Positions 1 through 11,430 of a stretch of 64,000 nt of DNA are shown in pieces. The DNA is from Octopus sinensis (Eukaryota). Both the position numbers and the translations under genes were made by a program. How positions within the stretch are numbered: the stretch's first letter is position 1; every line of letters starts with the position of its first letter. The DNA is taken from contig NC_043006.1 of assembly GCF_006345805.1 (NCBI RefSeq), positions 100,316,001 through 100,380,000 of the forward strand, written 5' to 3'. The notes under the pieces are model-generated. The model saw nothing but the letters and a program-made list of their open reading frames with translations, did no database searches and was not told the DNA's origin.

Positions 1-192
1 GCTGTGACATATTTTCTCTGTCCCATAATGATGAAAGGTAGAGTCAATGGGAGTTTAAAAATAATTAGATTTAATCCTCTTAATATAACTAACATTGTGC
101 GTGAAATCAAAGTTGCGAACATCATGGCAAATATACAAGCATGACACCCCTAATCACCCTCTTAGAACTGCTAATATTCTCGGAACGATAAA

Positions 193-405
193 GGTGGTGA
201 GCTGGCAGAATCGTTAGCACGCCGGGAAAATGCTTAGCAGCATTTTGTCTGTCTTTACGTTCTGAGTTCATATTCTTCAGAGGTCGACTTTACCTTTCAT
301 CATTTCGGGGTTGATAAAATAAGTACCACTTGAGCACTAGGGTCAATTAATCGAATAAAACCCTTCCCCAAAATTGCTGACCTTGTGTCACAATTTGAAA
401 CAAAT
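193..405 (+). mobile_element. tRNA-derived SINE with Nin/Deu-type core (family A, tail type 1)
   Basis: Head GGTGGTGAGCTGGCAGAATCGTTAGCAC, B-box-like GAGTTCATATTC, core GGTCGACTTTACCTTTCATCATTTCGGGGTTGATAAAATAAGTACC; homologous to copies at 2013, 43075 and 53300. Confidence 0.85.
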
Positions 406-1481
406 ATATTCAGAACGATACTTTCATTCTCAAAGATCGAAGTTTACCAAACACCAAAAGAAAAATACATAAAAATCAGTATTTTCTATCTACATAGAGC
501 AATTCATACATATAAATGTACGATCAAAACAAATGTGAGACCGAATGCCCAAGTAAAGGCAGGTCGCATGAGAAGTGCCTCAGCATGGATCCTTTCGTTA
601 CTCAGTATGGCTACGACGATTAGTAGTAACTGGTTCCAATACAGCAGTAGCACTGTGACCGTCTCTATCACATCCATTATTTATTACCACTTTCCCTGCC
701 TCAGTTCCCGTCTGACCAGACAGGAGCCGTTGATCTTGCATTTCGGAGAAGGGAAGTGTTCCTCCGAAACAGCTGGTCCATTTCCTATCATTACGCGCTG
801 AGCAGAGTAGGACCAGACATGTAACGTTGTTATAACTTTATCGCTACTTTGTTTGTTTTTGTTTACATTTTGGGTGTACTTAACATCAACCCTGCTTTTG
901 TAATATCCTTTTGTGCGACTCCTTGTGGCTAATAAATTATCATCTTCATTAATCTTGTAGTTGCTGTTGTTATTTGGAAATACACGGAAAACAAATCATA
1001 ATATTAAAAATATTACAAACAATAAAAAGAACAACAACAGACGTCAGAGTACTTATAATTACGAATAAATGACACAACCTAGACATTGATTTAATATCTT
1101 TGTCGTAAAAACAAAAAATAGATGACCTTTACAGCCTTTGAAAATAAGAAAGCTAAAACCGAGTTTTAGAAATATTATTTCTAAAATATATATATATATT
1201 TCATTATTACTGCAACTACCTATCTAAACAGTTTTTATTCTTTTATAAACTTCATGGTACAAATGATTATATAATACATACATATAGAAATAGAAATATA
1301 TACTTATATACATACATACATATATATAAATATATATATATATGTGTGTGTGTGTGTTGTGTGTGTGTATGTAATTATGTATGTATGTCTGTATGCATGT
1401 AAGTATGTATGTGTTAAGCCTTTCGTTATTCATATCATTGTGGAGATTGTATGATGTAGACTTATCATTGCTGTGTTTTCA

Positions 1482-1854
1482 GTCTCATTGATAGAGTATT
1501 ACAAAAAGTTGGCTATGAACTATATACAATGACTGTTAACCACTCAAAATTCTGTTCTTAGTTTTAAAAATAAAATGTTCATACGTAAAACGTATAAGTA
1601 AATTCTGAAATGTAAAAATATATTTCTGTACCCAATCATACATACACACATACACACACACGTGCACGCACAAAAACATTCACACACACACATACGTGGG
1701 TTTGTGCATTGTGATTTGGAAATGAAATAATTTTATAAATAAGATTTTATGAATTTTACGTATGTACATTTTATTTTAAAACTAAGAAAGGTTTAATTTA
1801 GAAACTAAGAATGCTGTGCATACCCAAGTTTTTGTAATATTTTATCAGTGAGAC
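1482..1854. mobile_element. Foldback/MITE-like element with long imperfect inverted arms and central (CA)n
   Basis: GTCTCATTGATAGAGTATTACAAAAAGTTGGCTATG is inverted at 1817-1854; TTCTTAGTTTTAAAAATAAAATGTTCATACGTAAAA is inverted at ~1754-1788. Confidence 0.7.
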
Positions 1855-2012
1855 ACACAAAAAAGCATAATTAAGAATACATCTTACAATTTGCATAAGT
1901 CAATACTTTCGATTTGGATGAAGAAAAGGTTTAACGTCTTGGCTTATCCCTAGACCGACTCGGAATAAGCATTCTTTTCATAAAAGACATTGAAATGACA
2001 AACAGGTAGGAG

Positions 2013-2243
2013 GGCGGCGAGCTGGCAGAGACGTTAGCACGCCGGGCGAAATGCGTAGTCGTATTTCGTCTGCCATTACGTTATGAGTTCAAATTCCGCC
2101 GAGGTCGACTTTGCCTTTCATCTTTTCGAGGTCGATAAATTAAGTACCAGTTACGCAGTGAGGTCGATATAATCGACTTAATCCCTTTGTCTGTCCTTGT
2201 TGGTCCCCTCTGTGTTTAGTCCCTTGTGGGTAGTAAAGAAATA
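2013..2243 (+). mobile_element. tRNA-derived Nin/Deu-core SINE (family A, tail type 2, LINE-like tail)
   Basis: GGCGGCGAGCTGGCAGAGACGTTAGCAC head, GAGTTCAAATTCC B box, GTCGATAAATTAAGTACCAG core, tail TGTCTGTCCTTGTTGGTCCCCTCTGTGTTTAGTCCCTTGTGGGTAGTAAAGAAATA. Confidence 0.9.
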
Positions 2244-2738
2244 TATTTCAGGTACGTGAAATCGCATGGCCACTCAGGATCATAAAGTTGTGAGTTCAAA
2301 TTCTGGACCGGCAGATGCGTTCTTCAATACAGCACTTCATTCTGTAATTCTCTAGTCAGCTGTAATTGCGCACCAGCCTAGTATTGGGGCAGCTTTCTCC
2401 TTCTCTAGCTGTCTCACTCTGGCTGTGTCTGTGAGCAAAGTTTGAGAGCCCGGAGAATTAGGGAGACCGATGCCTGCTTGAGACTGCTTACATGCCTAAA
2501 ACAATTAGCGAAAGCACTGTGTTTGTTACCAACCATACTAGCTCGAACAGGACGGTTAGATAATCTGTGTTCTACTGTACTGCGTTAAGGTCGTCTCCAC
2601 AGATTTTCTATAGCAATTTGTTATATCGCACGTTCGGATGGCGTTTCTTCTCAATAACGTACCTCTACTCAACTACCGAACTCTCACTTACGACGACTCG
2701 ACTCAAGAGAGCTCGACGTCTAGTCTACCGACGGCTCC

Positions 2739-4416
2739 TCTTTCCTTATTATAACCACAGAGAGGGTAAAAACAAGAACAGACAGGATACCACAGAGAGG
2801 ACAATACATATAACGAATATGAATGAAATGATTATATACCAATGAAATTATGAATGGCTGCATGCGCCCCCTATCAAATGCAGTACCATCAATATTGTTT
2901 ACAGTCCATTATTATCGGATATTTAAATAACAATTAAATAACATTTAACAATTAATTAACATGTAACATAACATTGCAAGTCGCTAATCCGTGTATCCTC
3001 CAGCGATCCACATCGGATTCCTGACGCATTGTCTTTCCAATAAGAAGTCATATTACTCGCTATCCATTGATTCAGTGCTATCTAAAAGACAGTCCTTTAT
3101 TAACGGTATCGCGTCATCCCAGTTGATAACTGGTTCCACCTTTTCAAACTTGACTTCAAACTGCACCATTCCCATGTCGCACCTTTTTTCAACTCCTCAT
3201 AGCTGTTCGGCTCTAATTGCTTTTGTTCCATCGTAGTCGAAACCCTTAGGTAATTTTACCCGTATTACTGATTTCATTTTCAGGATATCAATACCATATT
3301 TTCTTCGGCTGGTTTTCACCCCCTCCTTCATTCCTTTTTTCTTCACCTCACCTTTAGAGGAGAAACTTTCATACTTTCCTCTGCTATCTTTCTTGTCACT
3401 ATTTTTTCTCCGTTACATCCCATCGCCTCTTTTTTTTTCTTTTTCAGCTTCTCCGGTGGAGAACCCCTTCTACTTTTCCTGTTACAGCTCCTTCTCCACA
3501 TTCGACAACGTTTCCTCTCTCTGCGTCAAGCTCTCATCCCTCTTTTTTCCCTTGCTTTGAGGGCAGTCCGCTTTTTTGTGTCCTCTTTTGCTACACAAAA
3601 ACATTCCAAAGGCCTGCCCTCTACCACCACATTCAGCTTGTTTCCTTCGGGCAATATTATTCCTTCAATTATAGAATTCAGGTCTTCCAGGGTGGCTTGA
3701 ATTTTCATTTTAGCCCGTAACCCCAGAAGTCCAACTTTTGAGTTCTTGTTGCCTTTATTATTTTCGAACTCTGTTGCACGTGGAAGAAGACTACCGCCAT
3801 AATCCACGTCTCGTTTTATTCGGGTGGGATTTTACCCACCCTTACTCTCGCCATTCTTTTCCCGCAGTAACTCGGTAGGAAAGCCCACTCGCCATTCCTA
3901 ATCGCGTCTACTGCATGCTCTGCTGCTACTTCTTCAGATGCGAACCTGACTTCTACCACTCCGAACTTCTGACTTCTTGTTACAAAAGTCGTCAAGTTTT
4001 TTATATTTTTGAGCATTTTTTCTATACTCTCAGTCGCTGCGGTTTCGATTATTCCTGTGGACAATCTTAAAGTCTCATACAGGACCGTTCTTTTTTGTAA
4101 ACTTTCCGAAAATTCCTTTGGCGGTACCAGAGAGTGTTGTTCCTTGATTCTTTAACACTTTTCCACATTCTTTAATTCTGTCTGTTTCTACCTTTACATC
4201 CATCACTGTTAACGAGGCAGTATTTTCACTACTTGTTGCCACCGCTGTATAGCTCTGGCTCGAGTATTCAAATTCTCCATTATACAATTAAATCACAAAC
4301 AACAAATATATCCAGGCACACCCGTACAGGGAAAGCCTTCAACATTCAATAATAATTAATTCACAATCAATTAACATGTAACTTACAAAAATTAATCCAA
4401 CACTCTCTGACAACTC
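2739..4416 (-). mobile_element. Non-autonomous non-LTR retroelement carrying only a degraded ORF1 (gag-like, CCHC knuckle); L1/Tx1-like
   Basis: Consecutive minus ORFs 4075-4287, 3816-4064, 3526-3807; across a frameshift reads ECFxCSKRGHKKADCP (CX2CX4HX4C); no EN/RT between ORF1 and the 3' end; bounded by CTACCGACGGCTCC-type repeats. Confidence 0.7.
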
Positions 4417-4430
4417 TTACCGATGGCTCC

Positions 4431-4906
4431 TGTTTCTTTATTATAGCCACAAGGGCTCAACATAGAGGGGGACAAATAAGGAGAGACAAGACACCACAGA
4501 GGGGACAATACATAGAATGAATATGAATGAAATAGTTATATAACAATGGAATTATGAATGGCTGCATGTGCCCCTCATCACATGCAGAACCATTAATGTT
4601 GTTTACTGTCAATTATTATCGTATATTTAAATAACAATTAACTAACATGTAACATTCTTTAATTCTGTCTGTTTCTACCTTTACATCCGTCACTGTTTAA
4701 CGAGGAAATGTTGTTACTACCTGTTGCCGCCGCCGCAGAGCCGTGGCTCGAGGAATTTAAATTCTCTATTATACAATTGAATTAAAAACAACAGAAATAT
4801 ACAGGAACACCCACACAGGGAGAGCTTTCAGCAATCAGTAATAATAAATTAACAATCAATTAACATATAACTCACAAAAATTAACTCCACCTCTCTCTGA
4901 CGATTC
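4431..4906 (-). mobile_element. Second, internally deleted copy of the same retroelement family (3' end fused to 5' end)
   Basis: 4431-4655 aligns with 2739-2970 and 4655-4906 aligns with 4168-4416; bounded by the same 14-bp motif. Confidence 0.8.
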
Positions 4907-6526
4907 CTACCGACGGCTCCGGCTCGCTCTACTCGACGCTTCTACGACTAGCTATCACTAGCTATACGTATTGGACTAGCCTACCTATCGTCTGAGGGCG
5001 TCCACGCAACAGAATTATAACCAGCACTGATTTTGTAACGACGTTTCGCAAACGAAGCGTCAGATGTAAACAAACAATGATATCGAAGATGAAAAAATGG
5101 GTAATGGACGTATATACCATATTTCGAGAGTTTCTCCTGACGTCTAGGATACGAAACGTTATAACAAAATCAGTGCAGGATTTAATTTCTAAAGAAAATC
5201 TGTAGAGATGATCTTAACGCATGATTTAAGTGCACTGCTAACAAAGTAGTATTGACTTATAAAAAAACTTTTAATATTCTTTGTAGCATATTATGTTTGC
5301 TTAATGAAATATCCGGTACCTACAAATCATTACTATTGTACTGTGTTTCCGGAATAATTTATCCAGAGCTAATTATCTTAATGTAGATTAAGAAGTATTT
5401 GCTGCTACGTCTAAATTCTCGCAGACGTCTCCTCCTCTTCCTCAACACGTTTGCTTAAACATTGTCTCTCATATGATGTCCCTTGTACGAAACCTTTGTT
5501 CCGTCTATAAAATCAGGTTGGTTTTGTTTAATTTTATCATTACATGATAGTTTTCACGCGAGCCTTATAAGAGTGGTAATATTTAGAGTATGTTACGAGT
5601 CGTGTAACATGAGTAGGGGCAGCAATAATTACCAGTCTATACTGTGATGACGGAACGGAGGGAAGGAACTGCCATTGATGGCTAACTACATTAGGAAGAG
5701 ATTCATCAGAATACAGCGGGTTCATCCAGCCGAGATCTAATTCCAGTGCTTGCAATAACAATACATGATGATACTCATGGATATGGAGAGCCCTTTCAAC
5801 TGGATAAGGACAGTCCTTTCATCATGGATAAGGACAGCCCTTTCATCTTCTAATTTTCACTAACAAGGTCTGAGTTTACTTGTAACTATGCGCGAAGAAA
5901 CTTGCACCAAGTTCTTGCAGTGAGATCAAGCACAGAACACCCGAATCCCAAAACGCTTTCCCTAACCATCAGTAATATTCTTTCTTAATTGTTGATACAC
6001 TTCTGTATTATCTCAATGGCTCAATATGTAAAACCTCTCACACGACGACAAATTTCGCTGCACGCTGCTCGCAACAAGATTATATTTATAATCAGGTTGT
6101 TGACGTATGTGTGAGATGAACGAATGAATAATGAATCAGACGCTCAAAGGAAATCAGTCCACAGTTTCTGCATTCTTCTCCTTATAAAGATGCAAGAGCA
6201 ATGTGAGTATGCTTAGTATTAGACAAAACGATAGTGAACTTGATAGCTTATGCATGTTAAACCTCTTAGGCAAAGTGCACTCAAAGGCATCATAGAAATA
6301 ACTTTCGATTAACAAAATTAATCTCTTTCTTCAACACTCCGTCCAACAAATAATACCTGTTTGTTGAATTCACGTTACAATCATTAGGTAACTGCATTTG
6401 AATATTTGAATTTTCCATGAATTTACAAGCGTGAAATAAACACTATGTGAAATAACCTGGCCTTTTTTATGAATATTCCGCATTTTAGCACACAGATTTG
6501 AAGTGAATTGCGAGTTGGGCATAATA

Positions 6527-6667
6527 TAAGGTTGTCCCAAAAGTTCGTAGAAAGTCTTGGAAAATAATGGTCTTTATTTTGAGGAATAATTTTTGTTGTT
6601 TTTGTTAGTACTTAGCGAGTAAAAATTCAATTTTCGCAAGTGTTTACGAACTTTTGGGACAACCTAA
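6527..6667. mobile_element. Mariner-type MITE (~141 bp)
   Basis: Perfect 21-bp inverted repeat AGGTTGTCCCAAAAGTTCGTA / TACGAACTTTTGGGACAACCT; TA on the left flank. Confidence 0.85.
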
Positions 6668-7288
6668 TCATAGAGTTTGTGTTTATACAATTTTCGAGTG
6701 GGTACCTAATAACTGGAAATATACTAATATTTTGGTATTGTTCCATGATGCTGATATCCCAAGATGTGTGAGTTTGACTAAATCTATACAGACAAGGACT
6801 GCATATCTCTATAATGAAACAATGTTACCCACACATATCCAGATTGTATTTTATTTTGAGTATTGTCGATGTCAAAATGAATACCAAATCTGTTAGAGGT
6901 CTTTCAGTCACAAGTACATTCGAGTACATTATTCTGTATAACCATATTCATTAAAACAGACACGCACACACACACAAACACACAGGCACTCCCCGCCTCC
7001 ACATATATATACAAATATATGTATATAGAGAGAGAGGATATGTGGAGTTTCCGTCAGGATGGCTCAAGCTAATAAATTTGCCTTTTGAGTGCCCAAATAG
7101 GTGTGGAAACAAAATCCCGGATATAACAGTTGTGTGATTGTCTTGTTCAAAGACGGCTATGGGTGCTACACCTTTGAGTCAATAAGTATAGGTTGAAGTA
7201 GTGACGAAAACGTACAATTATGCAGTGTAGGACAAGGACATTTAATTACTACCTGTAACCTTATGTATCCACAAGTTTCACCAGTGTC

Positions 7289-8550
7289 TCAAGTGCCTAG
7301 AACCCTCATTATAATCCTTGCTGTACCGAAGAGACAAACATTCTGTTGGAGCCCTACCAGGCATTCTATTTCAATCTGCCTCAGCCATTTGTCTATATAT
7401 TGGTTTACTATTTCCAACGCCTCTCCGTATCTATAATCGTTATTATAGGCAATACCTTTTCTGTTCGCATGCTCCAAATTCTTCCTATTTCAAGTTTTAG
7501 GGGTTGTATTTTTTCTTCCTCTTTCTTTACAATCCTGGAATCAAACACGCATGAGTCGAAAAGTAAGCAACTTCGCCTCTCCGTATCTATAATCGTTATG
7601 TCTGTTCTATTATTTTCTAATTCCTTGTCCGTTTGAATTGAGAAGTTCCACAAAATCTGGCATTTCTCCGACGCTAGTATTTTTTCGACTCGATGATTGT
7701 ACCATAATCCAAATCTCTGACAGTTTCCAGTGTATAACTTTTAAAACCTGGTCCTGCTTCCATTTCTTATATTCTTATATTCTTCCTGTTCCAACTTGGC
7801 ATTGTATCACAATATGTGCCACTGTCTCGTTCCAAGTGTCACAAGCTCTTAATTTTTCTTGCACATTTTCTCCATATATATATATTTTCTCAAGCTGCTT
7901 GTTTTTATCGCTTCACCTCGGGCTGCTACAATTAGGCTCTGCTTCATTTTAACTGCCCCCATTTTTTAACCAAGCCTAGGATTTTGATCCACATACGTCT
8001 TCAGTGGCTATCTAGAATTGGCCATGCAGAGGTTTCTCTTCGATCTGTACTCCATTTCTATTTCCTTCTTATCATTTTCTCATATTGCGCGTTTCATCCC
8101 TTTTTCTTTCTTAACTGCCTTTAGTAGTTTTCCTGTGCTGTAAATACTATGTAAATACGCTACTAGATTTTTCTTTCCATCTGTACTTATTCTTCTACAG
8201 CTATTAAGCCTCTTCCACCCTGGTCTCTCCTCAAGCACAGACGGTTGATATCAGCTTTCGGATGGTGAACTCCATACATCTTCAAAAACTTCCTAGTTTT
8301 TCTGTCAGGTTTCTTTATTTCGTTTCTGGTCCAGTCTAAAATTCCAACTTCATATGTGATTAAGAGTACTGCTCTTGAATTTATTGCTTCAATAAGATTT
8401 TTGAAATTCAGTTTTGGCTGCAATAATTTACTCACTCTCCTTTATGCTCTCTACTGGTAATTTGTTTCATTTCTTCAGTTTTCTTATCTCATCGGCTTCC
8501 AGTATTCCCAAGTACTTAACCAATATCCTTTCTCAACTGCTCATCATCCC
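7289..8550 (-). mobile_element. R4/Dong-clade LINE, degraded 3' part (RT C-terminus, CCHC finger, restriction-like endonuclease)
   Basis: Peptides LDWTRNEIKKPDRKTRKFLKMYGVHHPKADINRLCLRRDQGGRGL; ETVAHIV; WNFSIQTDKELENNRTDITIID..LLFD; LQQNVCLFGTARIIMRVLG. Confidence 0.85.
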
Positions 8551-8724
8551 TATATAAAACCCCTTTGATAGTTAAAAGATACATGCAGGGTCGCTGGAGC
8601 AGGTACAGCCCTACATGGTTAGTGAACTGAGATGTGTCAGTAGAGCCCATAGTTACGTCGAAGAAAAATTATTGCGAATAGCTTTGCACCAAAGTTTGTT
8701 ATCAAAGAAAATCAGTGTCTAATA

Positions 8725-8880
<156 letters not shown>

Positions 8881-10171
8881 TCTGTGCACATATATATGTA
8901 TATAAGCACTTTCACATGTTTTGTGTGTGTGTTTGGGTAGATGTGCCCATAGTCATGTGTCAGAAAGAAAATTATAAAAATTATTATATTAGAACAAATG
9001 AAATCGAACTTATATGAACATGGCATCATTCCAAGTTAACAGTATCAGAATAGTTCGAATATAATGGACTCAAACAATTCTGTGCTATAATGAAATAATA
9101 TACTGACTCGATATTTAGTTTCTTCACTTCGTTTCTAATTCATCTCTGTAAAGTTCCAGAACTGATAATACATTTGACACGTCAGTTTTGATACTTGTCC
9201 TGTTGTTATTTTTTTTGTAGTTGTAAAAGTTGATTTTCATTACTGACCCCAAGTCCAATCCATTATGGAGCACATGGATACAGGTAGGCATTCTCTTAAC
9301 GCCATCCTGTAAGTTTTTTCAGTCATAGTGTGTCCTAATGTATTTTCAGAATGTCGTTATCCAGTGAAAAATATTAATAGATTTGGTTAAGCACCTCCCA
9401 CCGTCATCGGTTCTTGAAACACGCACCTGTAATCGAATATTTTCTAACGTATTAAGGTTATAATGATTGAATTCGGTAACTTCTTCAGTATCGAAAATAT
9501 TTAAAAACATATCTACATTTCACTTTTCGTACAAGTTCATAATTTTTTCTTTGGATTTGAAAAAATGAAAACATTTCAGATTTCTCAGTTCGGTAGTTGT
9601 CTAAATATATAGAGCAGTAGCATATCAAACTGTTCTTTTTCGTGACATGGTAGGTAAATGTATGATAGAGATTTGGCTTGTATTTGCAGCAAAGAGAGCG
9701 GTCACGTCAAGGTGGTTTCTTTGATTATCCTTTGAAATACTGGTAACAGAGATTATAAAAACATAATGGCTATGGGGTCTCAAATTCTTATTGCCAAGTA
9801 CACTGATATAAATATTTTCACTCTGTCCGTCACGTATTATTCTTAAGTAGATCTAATAGAAATAAAAACAACTGATTTCATATCGACGCAAGAGAAATCG
9901 ATAACGATTATTTATTAATTTACTCATTCGTATTTATATTTCCCATTATTTAACTAATATATAGCTAGGCTGGCGCGTAGTCTCTGAAGCATTACAATAA
10001 TACTACATGAATATTAGGCTGATTCCAGTCACCGGACTGTTGTCATTATGAGATACAGCCTTCAAGAGTATAGCTGATTATATATAGTCACTCGGGCATG
10101 TATAATACTCTAAATTTGAAATAACTCTAATCGTGACAACTTGTGGAACCCATGTCTGCGTAGAAAGGAGA

Positions 10172-10412
10172 ACACACATATACATATATATATATATATA
10201 CATACATGTATGCATGCATACACACATACATACATACATACATACATACATACATACATACATACATACATGCATATATACATACACACACATACACACA
10301 CATATACACACACATACATACATACATACATACATACATACATACATACATACATACATGCATGCATACACATAAATGTAAGCGTATGTGTGTATGTGTG
10401 TGTGTATATGTG
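10172..10412. repeat. (TACA)n/(CA)n compound microsatellite
   Basis: Direct reading; explains the HTYI/MYVC ORFs. Confidence 0.95.
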
Positions 10413-11039
10413 TATTTTGTTCCTGCGCTTATCGGCTGTGGGATTCGATCAAGAAAAAGTTTCATTTTAATACGCCATAGGTTAAAAAAAAAACTGAATA
10501 CCTCAAACCAGGTGAGACAAATCGTTCCGTGGGTGAAGGACGGTGGATATCGAAAATCCGTTGCCATTTCGGGTTATTGGCTCTGTGCATCAGATTCACA
10601 TATAGCATAAAATCCATCTGCTGATGTGTAACAGTACTGCACAAGTAAAATAAAAGTAAAGTGTGAACTAGAAACAGCTCTTGTATAGTAAACATTACTG
10701 ATACTACAAACTTAATCTATGTGTTTTGTATATATACGATTTGGCTGCAAGATTTGTCCAGGGAAAAGGCCCTTTAAGACGTTGAACGTTAGAGAATACT
10801 GAATACTTGGCGAGACGAAACGCCCCCTAGGGGAACAATATCGTTGTCTGCTTATATACTTGCATTAATTCCATAAATGGTAAACTTCAGGGCATCCACC
10901 GGTAGGGTTAGTCTTCCATTTTGTCATTTAACGGCAAGATAAAAGATACCGAAGCGCTAGTTCTATCCACGAAAACACCACTGCACCACTCATCCGTTAA
11001 ACATAAATGAAACCTAACTAAATGCCTTGTAATCACTCC

Positions 11040-11430
11040 AAATACTGGGCCTCACTATCATCCGAAGGACTCTCCTTATATTAGCGCGGACCGCATCCCC
11101 AAATCTTGCCCCTCACTTATGGATTTGAAGATATTTCAGTCCACAGCCGCTGATTATATTCTGCAAGGCTAAATGTAGGCTCTACATTAGGGTGCTGCAC
11201 CTATGTTAGGGTTAGTGTTGCAGCTATGTACACGGACACCATAAATCCCATCTAGTGAAGGGAGACCCGCTTCATGAATATTCTCTGACAAATGAACACT
11301 CTCTATCCCCTCGTTCACAAGCGTGCTCTCTCCCCTCTCGGTTTTTGCTATAGCTACTATATTTCCTTCGTATCCCAGCCACTCAGCTACCCGCGACACA
11401 CTTGTCTCTTCACCTATCGGTCATTCTTGT
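11040..11430 (+). mobile_element. Highly degraded APE-endonuclease remnant of a CR1/Jockey-like LINE
   Basis: Plus-strand fragments GCCTYVR, EGRPA..HEYSLTNE and VSSPIGHS appear in the order expected for LINE APE motifs; multiple stops and deletions. Confidence 0.4.

Larger units (their letters stand above)
2581..5221. mobile_element. Non-autonomous TIR DNA transposon (TTAA-flanked, possibly Kolobok/T2-like) hosting retroelement insertions
   Basis: 38-bp imperfect inverted repeats TGCGTTAAGGTCGTCTCCACAGATTTTCTATAGCAATT (2581-2618) and AATTTCTAAAGAAAATCTGTAGAGATGATCTTAACGCA (5184-5221), each with TTAA near its outer end; about 460 bp long once the inserts are removed. Confidence 0.7.

Noticed and set aside
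5788-5847. 24-bp tandem duplication GGATAAGGACAGYCCTTTCATC
   Set aside because: Ordinary local slippage duplication with no further structure.
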